A stretch of 64,000 bases of DNA from Thermodesulfobacteriota bacterium (GTDB taxonomy: Bacteria > Desulfobacterota_D > UBA1144 > Nemesobacterales > UBA2774), in contig OZ244991.1 of the NCBI GenBank assembly GCA_965223335.1, positions 1,792,001-1,856,000 of the forward strand. Reading direction: 5' to 3'. Of the stretch, positions 19,807 to 28,857 are shown piece by piece (positions within the stretch are counted from its first letter, which is position 1; the number at the start of each line of letters is the position of its first letter). Under the pieces are notes generated by a model, which did no database searches, was not told the DNA's origin, and worked only from the letters and a program-made list of their open reading frames with translations. The position numbers and the translations under genes were made by a program.

Positions 19807-21330
19807 ATGCCCCGACACCTGAATTCGCGCAATATAGAGTCCGATTCGTTCGATAGAGAGCGGTTCGCCGAGCTGCTTGAGAGCTCGGGCGAGCTAAGCG
19901 CTTTATTAGAGAGCGGGTCTTTGCTTCTGCCCAACTTCTATGATTTTATGTCCGATGTTTTCGCAAGCTTCTATAAGCACAACATTGTAATGATTCCACC
20001 CGAAGAGATAGCAGAGGCCTCTAGGCTCGGGAGACAGTACCTGGACTACTTACTTGCCGATCCCCATCACAGAACGCTCAGGGATGATACCGTGCTCGAT
20101 ACATTTAGGTCGGGGTTGGCAACGCTTGGGGTCTGTGGGGATTTTTTGGCCTGGCTACGCTCCGATCACGGGGTGGGGGAAAGGTCGTTATTAAAAGACT
20201 GGGAGATCGATAAATTGGAGCAGGAGAATAAAGATCTTGCCGATGAGATCCGTACCATAGAAGAGGTTATCGAGGACTCCCAAGACCAGAATGAAACACT
20301 TGATACACTGCTTCGGGATAAAAAAGATGAACTCCGAGACGGGGAGGATGAGCTCGGGGAGTTGGTGGGGGAACAGAGCAAGCGACGAGAGCAAAGTGAT
20401 ATAAATATGAAAAAAGACGCCAAGCTCTCAATCAAACAGACCACTCAGACTATGGATGATATTGAGGACGAGCTCACAGAGTGGGGTGCGAATATGGGGA
20501 TGGCGTCTACGAGGGGTGTGGGTGAGAAGCTCGACCTGGCCCAGTCCCTATGCCGCAATGAGAAGTTAAAGAGACTCTCTAGGATGGTGGGCAGCCTAAA
20601 GCAGGAGATGCTTACATCACGTAGAAAAGCGTGGTCGCGCCGGGGCAGTGAAGTTTATGATATCGCCTACGGGGGCGAGTTGGGCAAGGTCATTCAGTCC
20701 CAGCTGCTTAGCCTCAGACACAAAACATTGATTAAGGATTTCCAAAGAAAACTGCTCGAGTCAAAGCTCCTTCAATATTCTTTAAGGGAAGACAAGGGGC
20801 GCGGCCCTATAGTGGTGTGTGTGGACGGAAGCTCCTCTATGGAGGGGGACAAGGAGATTTGGGCCAAAGGTGTGTGTCTTACGCTGCTTGAGATGGCAAA
20901 GAGAGAGAGACGGAAGTTTAACGTGCTGGTGTTTTCGTCCGGCGGCGGTCCTATGCGCACCTACGAATCGCACGGCGTGGAGAGATGGGGTATGAGGGAG
21001 CAGGATGTGTTGGATCTGGCTGACTACTTCCCGGGCGGGGGCACTGACTTCACAGCACCGCTCGATAGGGCGGGGGAACTGCTGGGAGAGTCCAAATTCA
21101 AAAACGGCGATGTCGTTTTTATCACAGACGGCGAGGCCGAGGTAAGCGAGGACTGGGCACTCAGCTTCAACACCTTAAAAAAGGATTTGAGATTCAAGGT
21201 GCTCTCTATACTGATAGATGTTACAGGCAGGGAATCCACCAGGTCCCTAGAGGTTTTTAGCGATAACATAACGGCCATCTCTAAGCTTACCTCAGAGGGT
21301 GCCAGGGATATTTTTTTAAAGCTTAACTAA
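19807..21330 (+). CDS. von Willebrand factor A domain protein (ViaA/CoxE-like)
   Basis: MIDAS VCVDGSSSM, GGGTDF, FITDGE; acidic coiled-coil middle region. Confidence 0.82.
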   Translation: MPRHLNSRNIESDSFDRERFAELLESSGELSALLESGSLLLPNFYDFMSDVFASFYKHNIVMIPPEEIAEASRLGRQYLDYLLADPHHRTLRDDTVLDTFRSGLATLGVCGDFLAWLRSDHGVGERSLLKDWEIDKLEQENKDLADEIRTIEEVIEDSQDQNETLDTLLRDKKDELRDGEDELGELVGEQSKRREQSDINMKKDAKLSIKQTTQTMDDIEDELTEWGANMGMASTRGVGEKLDLAQSLCRNEKLKRLSRMVGSLKQEMLTSRRKAWSRRGSEVYDIAYGGELGKVIQSQLLSLRHKTLIKDFQRKLLESKLLQYSLREDKGRGPIVVCVDGSSSMEGDKEIWAKGVCLTLLEMAKRERRKFNVLVFSSGGGPMRTYESHGVERWGMREQDVLDLADYFPGGGTDFTAPLDRAGELLGESKFKNGDVVFITDGEAEVSEDWALSFNTLKKDLRFKVLSILIDVTGRESTRSLEVFSDNITAISKLTSEGARDIFLKLN

Positions 21331-21336
21331 TTCTTG

Positions 21337-21366
21337 TTGACCTAAATATCCGAATAGGGTTATATT
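21337..21366 (+). promoter_or_regulatory. Putative sigma70 promoter of alr operon
   Basis: TTGACC-N18-TATATT ending 10 nt before the alr ATG. Confidence 0.5.
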
Positions 21367-21376
21367 CATACCCAGT

Positions 21377-22471
21377 ATGAGACCTACCTGGGCCGAGGTC
21401 AATCTAAATTCCCTCAAATCTAACTATAATCTGCTGAAATCAATTATCGGTGAAGATGTTCGGGTGCTCTCTGTGGTTAAGGCCGATGCCTACGGCCACG
21501 GTGCCCCAGAGATTGCAACTGTGCTCTCTGCTATGGGCTCTGATCTATTGGGCGTGGCAAGTGTGACAGAGGCCGGGGAGCTTAGCGATGCAGGTGTGAC
21601 GGCGCCTATAGCGCTTTTGGGTGGTATACAGCCCCCTGAGGCGAGCCAAGTTCTTGAGCACGGCTATATCCCCTTTATATACACGATGGATGTTGCAAGG
21701 GCGCTCGATAAGGCTGCAAAGCAGCTGGGCACACGCGGGTATTATCATCTAAAGATCGATACAGGTATGACGCGACTCGGTGTAAAGCCCGAGGAGCTAA
21801 GCCCGTTTTTATCCGATCTTTCCGGGCTCGAGAACATAGAGATGGAGGGGGTATTAACCCATCTGGCCTCTGCGTTTTTGGATGACCGCGAGTACACAGA
21901 CCTGCAGTTGGGGCGGTTTCAACAGGCTGTGTCGGTGGTAATGCGGGCCGGGTTTTCGCCTAGGTATATCCACGCTGCCAACAGCGCCTCTATCCAGCGC
22001 TACCCCGAATCTCACCTCGATATGGTACGCCCGGGGATAATGCTCTATGGCTCGGGTACGGGCCGAAGAGAGGAGCTTAAACCCGTGATGACACTTAAGA
22101 CAAAAATCATTCAGCTAAAACAGGTCCCCAAAGGCACACCCGTTAGTTACGGTGGCACACATGTGACCAGCAGGCTCTCCGATGTTGCCACCCTGCCCAT
22201 AGGCTATGCCGACGGCTATACGAGGAGGCTCGGCAACAGGGCTTTTGTAATGGTAAACGGAGAGAGGGCGCCTGTAGTGGGGGATGTATGCATGGATTTA
22301 ACCATGGTTGATGTTACCGGGATACCCGAGGTGAAAAACGATACCGAGGTAACACTGTTTGGGTCTGGGGGGCTTACAGTTGACGAGGTGGCCGGCTGGG
22401 GCGATACGATCTCTTATGAATTACTCTCAACCGTGGGTAAACGGGTCCCCAGGGTCTATAAATCGGACTGA
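21377..22471 (+). CDS. alr: Alanine racemase
   Basis: VVKADAYGHG PLP-lysine motif, HLKIDTGMTRLG, GYADG. Confidence 0.97.
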   Translation: MRPTWAEVNLNSLKSNYNLLKSIIGEDVRVLSVVKADAYGHGAPEIATVLSAMGSDLLGVASVTEAGELSDAGVTAPIALLGGIQPPEASQVLEHGYIPFIYTMDVARALDKAAKQLGTRGYYHLKIDTGMTRLGVKPEELSPFLSDLSGLENIEMEGVLTHLASAFLDDREYTDLQLGRFQQAVSVVMRAGFSPRYIHAANSASIQRYPESHLDMVRPGIMLYGSGTGRREELKPVMTLKTKIIQLKQVPKGTPVSYGGTHVTSRLSDVATLPIGYADGYTRRLGNRAFVMVNGERAPVVGDVCMDLTMVDVTGIPEVKNDTEVTLFGSGGLTVDEVAGWGDTISYELLSTVGKRVPRVYKSD

Positions 22472-22536
22472 TTCCAGATGTTTTGAGTCCGGGTACGAAA
22501 TTCTTAGACGATACTGATAAGTAGGGTATTGTTAAA

Positions 22537-24039
22537 ATGATGGGTAATAATATTAGAGCTCATACCACTATAATATCCGGACTGCTATTGTTTGCACTGT
22601 TTATTTTTACGGTGCCACCGCAAAGCTCGGGGGCCGGTATAAACCTGGGCCCGCTGCTAAACGTAACGACCAATGAGCAAGACGGCACTAGGGATTTAAA
22701 TGCTCTCGGACCCCTAATTAAATTTAAGAAAACCGAAAACACGACAGAGTACGGGTTTAGGCCCTTATTTTACAAGGTGGCGGATCATGAGAAGGACAAG
22801 ACTGCGTTTGACCTGCTATATCCCATCTCGACCTACAGGCGCTGGGACAAGGATCTAAAGATGCAGCTCTTGATGTACGTGATGTACTACAGGTCGGTAA
22901 AGCAGCAAAGCGGGTTTATGGAGCGGGAGTATATCTTTATCCCGTTTATATTCAGTAAAAAAGCCGAGGAAAAAGACGATAGTTACTTTGCGTTCTTTCC
23001 ATTTTACGGGCGTGTCAAACACAAGTATGTAAAAGACGAGATCAACTTCTTTATGTTTCCCTTTTACCTGCAGACTGTCAAAAACGGCATGAAAAACACA
23101 AGTTTTATCTGGCCGTTTATTGCTGTATACACTGGAGGCCAGCAAACCGGGGGCAGGTTTTGGCCCGTCTACGGCCAGAGGAAGGTAGGTGAAACACGTG
23201 AGGATCGCTTTGTAATGTGGCCGTTTTACATGTCCCGCGAGCGCATGTTCTATGGCGATAAACAGAGTACTCTGTCCGTGTGGCCGTTTTATTACGGTAC
23301 CGATGCCCCGGGCAGGACACAAAGGACATTTTTCTGGCCCTTTATAAACAAGATAGAGGATAAGAACCGCGATATTAAGAGGTGGGACGTCCCCTGGCCA
23401 TTGATCACGGTATCTAACCAAAGCCGCGAGACCAAGAGGTTCTTCCCGTTTTATTCCAAGAGCACCGGCAGGGGGGCAGACAGGGGATTTTTTATGTGGC
23501 CGCTTTACAGGTACGATACGATCGAGTTGGACAGGTACAAACGAAAACGTGTGAGCGTGCTTCTATTTATATATAAGGATATCAACAACGTACCTATTAA
23601 AGAGGGCGGGCGTGATGGAAGGAGAATAGACCTGTGGCCGTTGTTCAGCTATAAACGGGTGCCGGGTGAGCGATCGTATTTTAGGCTCTTTTCCCCCCTT
23701 GAGATGTTTTTAGCCAACAACCCACCCAGGGAGCGCAACTGGGCTCCTATCTGGAGGATATTCGAGTGGAACAAGGACGCCGAGGGCACCGAGATAACAT
23801 CTGTTTTTTGGAGGACGATTGTAACCGAGCGTTCGAAAGAAAGGGTAAGCGTGGATATTAGGCCCATTATCCCGTTTTTTTCCTATCTTAAATCCCCCGA
23901 AAAGGGGAACATGAAACTTCTAGGCGGGTTGCTTGGGTACGAGAGAGAGCAGCAGAAGAAAAAATTAAGATTCCTTTACATCCCTGTTACTATATCGGGT
24001 GGGAAAGATAAAAAGCTGGCGGATAATGGGGGCGGATAA
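22537..24039 (+). CDS. Secreted hypothetical protein with many aromatic-Pro (FWPF/FFPFY) repeats
   Basis: Signal-peptide-like N-terminus; numerous WP/FP motifs at short spacing; 3 nt before mlaE. Confidence 0.75.
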   Translation: MMGNNIRAHTTIISGLLLFALFIFTVPPQSSGAGINLGPLLNVTTNEQDGTRDLNALGPLIKFKKTENTTEYGFRPLFYKVADHEKDKTAFDLLYPISTYRRWDKDLKMQLLMYVMYYRSVKQQSGFMEREYIFIPFIFSKKAEEKDDSYFAFFPFYGRVKHKYVKDEINFFMFPFYLQTVKNGMKNTSFIWPFIAVYTGGQQTGGRFWPVYGQRKVGETREDRFVMWPFYMSRERMFYGDKQSTLSVWPFYYGTDAPGRTQRTFFWPFINKIEDKNRDIKRWDVPWPLITVSNQSRETKRFFPFYSKSTGRGADRGFFMWPLYRYDTIELDRYKRKRVSVLLFIYKDINNVPIKEGGRDGRRIDLWPLFSYKRVPGERSYFRLFSPLEMFLANNPPRERNWAPIWRIFEWNKDAEGTEITSVFWRTIVTERSKERVSVDIRPIIPFFSYLKSPEKGNMKLLGGLLGYEREQQKKKLRFLYIPVTISGGKDKKLADNGGG

Positions 24040-24042
24040 TAG

Positions 24043-24810
24043 ATGACGGCGGTATATCATTTCTTTGAAGTCACAGGCGGACTTGTGAGCCTTTTGTTTC
24101 AAACCATATACTGGTGCAAGTCGGCATTTACCAACCGTGACAAGGTTATTGCACAGATTGTAGAGATTGGCAACAACACGCTGCCGGTGGGTGCACTCAT
24201 AGCACTTTTCAGCGGTGGGGTTTTGGCACTTCAGGCAGGGCCTACGCTCGCACAATTTGGGATTGAGGAAAATGTAGGCGGACTTGTGGGGCTATCGCTC
24301 GCCAAAGAGATAGGCCCCGTGATGGCTGCCATATTGATAGCGGGCCGGGTGGGGTCGGCCATTACAGCGGAACTTGCCTCTATGAGTGTGTACGAGGAGA
24401 TAGATGCGCTGGTCACCATGGATATTAACCCGGTGCGTTACCTTGTGATGCCCAGGTTCTTGGGCACTGTAATCTCTTTGCCTCTACTGGTTATCTACAT
24501 GGTTGTGATCGGGTGGTTCGGGGGTGCAGTGGTGTCGTACATAAACCCCGAGATACAGCTCTCTTTTGATGTATATTACAGGAATTTATCCGAGCTCATG
24601 GACTACGAAGCAGTAATTAACGGGCTTATTAAGGCCATGATATTCGGCGTCATAATTTCTATTGTGTGCAGCTATGTGGGGCTTAAGACCAAGGGCGGCC
24701 CAAGAGAGATAGGCAGCTCGGTTACAAGGGCCGTGGTACTGTCGTTTGTACTGGTACTGGTGTTTGACTACTACGCCACAAGAATATTGCTGTTTCTAAA
24801 CCTGGATTAG
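24043..24810 (+). CDS. mlaE: MlaE family lipid ABC transporter permease
   Basis: EIGPVMAAILIAGRVGSAITAELASM, EEIDAL motifs. Confidence 0.93.
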   Translation: MTAVYHFFEVTGGLVSLLFQTIYWCKSAFTNRDKVIAQIVEIGNNTLPVGALIALFSGGVLALQAGPTLAQFGIEENVGGLVGLSLAKEIGPVMAAILIAGRVGSAITAELASMSVYEEIDALVTMDINPVRYLVMPRFLGTVISLPLLVIYMVVIGWFGGAVVSYINPEIQLSFDVYYRNLSELMDYEAVINGLIKAMIFGVIISIVCSYVGLKTKGGPREIGSSVTRAVVLSFVLVLVFDYYATRILLFLNLD

Positions 24811-24843
24811 AGTATAATCATATAAGGTGTGTGGGAAAGGGAA

Positions 24844-25653
24844 ATGACCGAGGACAATGCTCAAACGCAATTAGCCGTGGATAGCGCAAACGGAAAAGAG
24901 GAGTTGCTCAAATACCTCAATTGTGCTGCGGTGGGGGTAGAGATATCCGAGTTGCGCAAATCGTTTGGCGATAACGAGGTGCTTAGGGGGGTTAACCTTA
25001 GTATCGAGCCCGGGGAAACCACTGTTATCCTGGGCAAAAGCGGCACCGGAAAAAGCGTGCTGCTCCGCCACATCATAGGGCTTGAGAAACCCGATTCAGG
25101 GCACATTTTTATAGACGGGGTGGATATCCATGACCCCCAGTTTAAAAAGAAATTTCGTGTGGCAATGGTGTTTCAATCGAGCGCACTTTTTAATTCACTC
25201 ACCGTGGGCGAGAATGTAGCACTCTACCTAAGGGAGCACCATGTGTTTGGTGACGAGGGAGAGCTCAGAAACATTGTAAAGAGTGCATTGTCCATAGTGG
25301 GCCTCCACGGTGTAGAGGACGACATGCCCTCTACGCTAAGCGGCGGGATGCGAAGGAGGGTAGCTACGGCCAGGGCACTCGTGATGAACCCCGACCTCAT
25401 ACTCTTTGACGAGCCCACCTCGGGGCTTGACCCCTTGATGACGCGTACCGTAGGCGACCTTATACTAAGCCTTAAACACCAGGTCAGTATCACCCAGATT
25501 GTGGTCACACACGATATCGACCTTGCGTTTTATGTAGCGGACAGAGTCTCTTTGTTGCGTAACGGGGTGATTGTCGAAACTGGCACACCTGCACAGTTTC
25601 AAGAGAGCTCTAACCCGTATGTAAACGAGTTTACAACTCCACAGTTTGAGTAG
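24844..25653 (+). CDS. mlaF: MlaF family ABC ATPase (start 24844 or 24829)
   Basis: GKSGTGKS, FQSSALF, LSGGM, FDEPTSGLDP. Confidence 0.93.
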   Translation: MTEDNAQTQLAVDSANGKEELLKYLNCAAVGVEISELRKSFGDNEVLRGVNLSIEPGETTVILGKSGTGKSVLLRHIIGLEKPDSGHIFIDGVDIHDPQFKKKFRVAMVFQSSALFNSLTVGENVALYLREHHVFGDEGELRNIVKSALSIVGLHGVEDDMPSTLSGGMRRRVATARALVMNPDLILFDEPTSGLDPLMTRTVGDLILSLKHQVSITQIVVTHDIDLAFYVADRVSLLRNGVIVETGTPAQFQESSNPYVNEFTTPQFE

Positions 25654-25669
25654 TGCCCGGAGGTAAGTG

Positions 25670-26683
25670 ATGCGCAATGACATAAAAGTCGGAATATTTT
25701 TTATTGTCGGTCTTATCATACTTCTTGCGGTCTTCGATTTTGTGGGAGACCTGCCGTTTTTTCGTAACGAGTTTACGGTAAAAACGTATTTTCAATCCAT
25801 TGGAGAGCTCCGCAAGGGCAACCCCGTGAGGCTCGAGGGTGTCGAGATCGGCAAGGTCTCGGACATAAAGATTGCCGATAGAAAAATAGAGGTCGAGATG
25901 GAGGTAATCGGTACAAGCGGCATAAGAGAGGACTCTGTAGCGAGCATAAGGTTGACAAGCCTCTTGGGCACAAGCTACGTCAATCTGAGTTTTGGTACGG
26001 AGGAAAGCCCCCAGGCCAAGAATGGCAGTGTGTTAGAGAGCATAGAACCTGCGAGTTTAAACGAGATACTGGCCAAAGTTGACTCAGCCGTGGGTTCGAT
26101 AGACTCGGCTCTTAGCGCTTTTAGTGCACTGGGCGAGAACAAGGACAAGATCTCTAGCATGATAACCAACATGGACTCAGTGCTCGGAAACATGGCCGAG
26201 GGCAAGGGCACAATCGGTAAACTTCTCCAGGACGAAGGCCTCTATACGGATGCAAGCGAGGCACTCAAGCAGGCCAGGGGAACGCTTTTGAATGTAAACG
26301 ATATTGCCGCGTCAATAAAAAGCGGGAAGGGTACACTTGGGAAACTGCTTGTGGATGATTCGTTGTTTTTTGAGACTAAGGAGGCATTTACAAACATAGG
26401 CGGCCTCACTAAAAAACTTAATACAGACCAGGGTACGATTGGTAAACTGCTTACCGACGACACTCTTTACACAGAGGCGACAGAGGCTGCTACCAATATG
26501 AACGCTATCCTAAAAAAGATTAACTCCGGCGAGGGCACGATCGGCCAGCTCGTAAATGACGACTCCCTTTATCTCGATGCCAAGGACACTCTGCTCAAGG
26601 TCGATAAGAGCCTCGATACCATTGATGACCTCGCACCGCTCGGTGTGTTTGGCACAGCGCTTGGGGTAGTGACGCTGTTTTAG
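25670..26683 (+). CDS. mlaD: MlaD/MCE domain protein with helical repeats
   Basis: N-terminal TM, MCE domain (GNPVRLEGVEIGKV, SLLG), four GTIGKL..D..LY repeats; GGAGG SD. Confidence 0.9.
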   Translation: MRNDIKVGIFFIVGLIILLAVFDFVGDLPFFRNEFTVKTYFQSIGELRKGNPVRLEGVEIGKVSDIKIADRKIEVEMEVIGTSGIREDSVASIRLTSLLGTSYVNLSFGTEESPQAKNGSVLESIEPASLNEILAKVDSAVGSIDSALSAFSALGENKDKISSMITNMDSVLGNMAEGKGTIGKLLQDEGLYTDASEALKQARGTLLNVNDIAASIKSGKGTLGKLLVDDSLFFETKEAFTNIGGLTKKLNTDQGTIGKLLTDDTLYTEATEAATNMNAILKKINSGEGTIGQLVNDDSLYLDAKDTLLKVDKSLDTIDDLAPLGVFGTALGVVTLF

Positions 26684-27631
26684 ATGACAATTGTAAAGGT
26701 TCTTTTAGATCATATCGATTTTAACGACACGCTTTACCGCATTCCCTCTGCTCCCTATTCGTCCCGACTATTTGATTCTATTGCAGACACGGGCCTCATT
26801 AATCTCCCCACATTAGTTAAGCATGGTGAGGGCTATAGGATCCTCTTGGGTTGGAAACGGTTGGCCGTGTGCAAAGAGCTTGGGTTAAAAGATGAAGTGT
26901 GTAGAGTTTATGATCCCGAGGAGCTTACTGCCACAGAGGTTATCAAGCTTATCTATCTTGATAATGAACACAGGTTCACAGACCTCGAAAGAGCGTTATT
27001 ATTCTCCAAGTTCAAAGAGCTCTCAGGGTTAAACGACCGAGAGCTGACGACAACAGTATTGCCGCTCCTTGGTGTTTCACCCTCCGGTAAGAACCTAGAG
27101 CGTATGACTAAGCTAGCGGGATTGGACCAAGAGGTCATTGATGCGACTCTCGAAGAACGCATAACGGTCGAGCAGGCAAATCTGCTTGCCAATATAGAGG
27201 ACATATCCGAACGACAGTATTTGTTAAAAGAGGTCTTGATTAAGTACGGTTTAAACAATAACGAGGCGCGAGAAACCGTGTATGAGCTATTGGAACTCGC
27301 CGCCATAAAAGGGGTTTCGACCAAAGAGATTGTGGAAGCTGCGATTGCCGGGGTTGCGAACAAGCAGATTTTTAGGGAGAGGGTAAAGAGCCTCCGTTAT
27401 CCCGAGTACTCAAGTGTGGTAGATGAATTTCAAAAAATAAGAAAAGAAATGGGCTTGCCGGAATCAGTAAATATAGCTCACGACAGATATTTTGAGCGTG
27501 ACGATCTACAAATAAGATTCAAGATCAACAGCTCGGATGATCTAGATAGGGTTATAACCTCGCTCAAAAATGCAAATGATACTGGTAGCATACGAAAGCT
27601 CCTTGAACTGATCAAAAAAGGCCGGGGATAA
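26684..27631 (+). CDS. ParB/Srx N-terminal domain protein
   Basis: SI..TGLINLP, GYRILLGWKRL ParB-like motif; abuts mlaD stop. Confidence 0.7.
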   Translation: MTIVKVLLDHIDFNDTLYRIPSAPYSSRLFDSIADTGLINLPTLVKHGEGYRILLGWKRLAVCKELGLKDEVCRVYDPEELTATEVIKLIYLDNEHRFTDLERALLFSKFKELSGLNDRELTTTVLPLLGVSPSGKNLERMTKLAGLDQEVIDATLEERITVEQANLLANIEDISERQYLLKEVLIKYGLNNNEARETVYELLELAAIKGVSTKEIVEAAIAGVANKQIFRERVKSLRYPEYSSVVDEFQKIRKEMGLPESVNIAHDRYFERDDLQIRFKINSSDDLDRVITSLKNANDTGSIRKLLELIKKGRG

Positions 27632-27686
27632 CCCGACGATATCCCGCTCGGGATACCTATAGAAATATCTCTATATGCATGTTTTG

Positions 27687-27709
27687 TTCGCACATGTTGC
27701 ATGTGCGAA
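27687..27709. promoter_or_regulatory. Perfect 10-bp inverted repeat, putative operator
   Basis: TTCGCACATG-TTG-CATGTGCGAA, 8 nt upstream of a TTGACA; no U-tract on either strand. Confidence 0.45.
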
Positions 27710-27945
27710 TAACCCACTTGACAAACCTCAACATTTCTGAATTAATTAAAGATATGCAGCCAATATATTGATCTTGATTTGGTTGTGATGAGTTGTTTTG
27801 TTGTTATTATTAATGTGTGTTAACAGGTGGTTATGGCTTGCAAAGAAATTGTTGGTTTAGTGGTTGATGCTAATGTGTAATAAAAGTCAGCAAATGTAAG
27901 CAGTTGCGTTGTTATTACTCTCAAGTGTTTAGAAGGAGGCCAAAA

Positions 27946-28851
27946 ATGGGACTAAATAAGGACTTTATTGGACGCGAGTACGAACCCATTCAGCATACAG
28001 TAGCTACGCAGGAGATAGTTGATTATGCATGGGCTATTGGTGCAAGGAATCTCACCTATTTCAACTATAACGGAGCATTCGGGCACAACACACCGGTCAG
28101 TATGGCCCCGCCGAGCTATGCTGTTACTTACGAACTGCCGTTTTTAGAGAAGCTCTGGTCCGACCCCGAGCTCCACGGTGGGGAAGAAGAGGCCGAGAGA
28201 AACGTGCTGATGTTGGTCCACGGCTATCAGGAAATGAGATTTTTTAAGCCTATAAAGCCGGGTGATAAGCTTACTTTCAAGATAAAGATCCCTTCTATAG
28301 AAGACAAAGGCAGCGGTGAACTGCTGGTGTTTAACGTTCTAACAGTAGACGAAGAGGGCCAGAACGTGGTCGAGTCGGATTGGGGGCTTTTTATCAGGGG
28401 CATCGGAAGCGGTGAAAATAAGACAAACGGTTCTAGGCCTGCTAAAAAAGTAGAGAACGAAACTAAACCTGAACTGGCGTTTAGAAAAATAATAAGAGTG
28501 CCCGGAGACATCACCTACCGATACGCCGAGGCATCAAACGACAACAACCCCATACACACTGATGATGAAGTGGCTAAGAAGGCTGGACTTGAGGGCATAG
28601 TGGTCCATGGGTTGTGCACAATGTCTATGACGATGCGCGCAATTATCGAGTGTTATCTCGACAGTGACCCTGCCAGGCTAAAAACCCTGGGTGTGCGTTT
28701 TACGAGCCCTGTGTACCCCAATGATATCCTGGTTGCAGACGGATGGCATAACGGCGGTCAAAACGGCAACTCGGAGCTCGGTTTCGAGGTCTGGCGCCAG
28801 CAAGACGGCAAAAAGGTCATCAAGGGTGGTACGGCCAAGGTAGAGGTTTAG
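27946..28851 (+). CDS. MaoC-family double hot-dog dehydratase
   Basis: AGGAGG SD; LVHGYQE and YAEASNDNNPIH...HGLCT hydratase motifs. Confidence 0.88.
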   Translation: MGLNKDFIGREYEPIQHTVATQEIVDYAWAIGARNLTYFNYNGAFGHNTPVSMAPPSYAVTYELPFLEKLWSDPELHGGEEEAERNVLMLVHGYQEMRFFKPIKPGDKLTFKIKIPSIEDKGSGELLVFNVLTVDEEGQNVVESDWGLFIRGIGSGENKTNGSRPAKKVENETKPELAFRKIIRVPGDITYRYAEASNDNNPIHTDDEVAKKAGLEGIVVHGLCTMSMTMRAIIECYLDSDPARLKTLGVRFTSPVYPNDILVADGWHNGGQNGNSELGFEVWRQQDGKKVIKGGTAKVEV

Positions 28852-28857
28852 CCCTAT

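Noticed and set aside
26684..27631. Plasmid or prophage partition module
   Set aside because: No parA, integrase or phage genes; gene is coupled to mlaD
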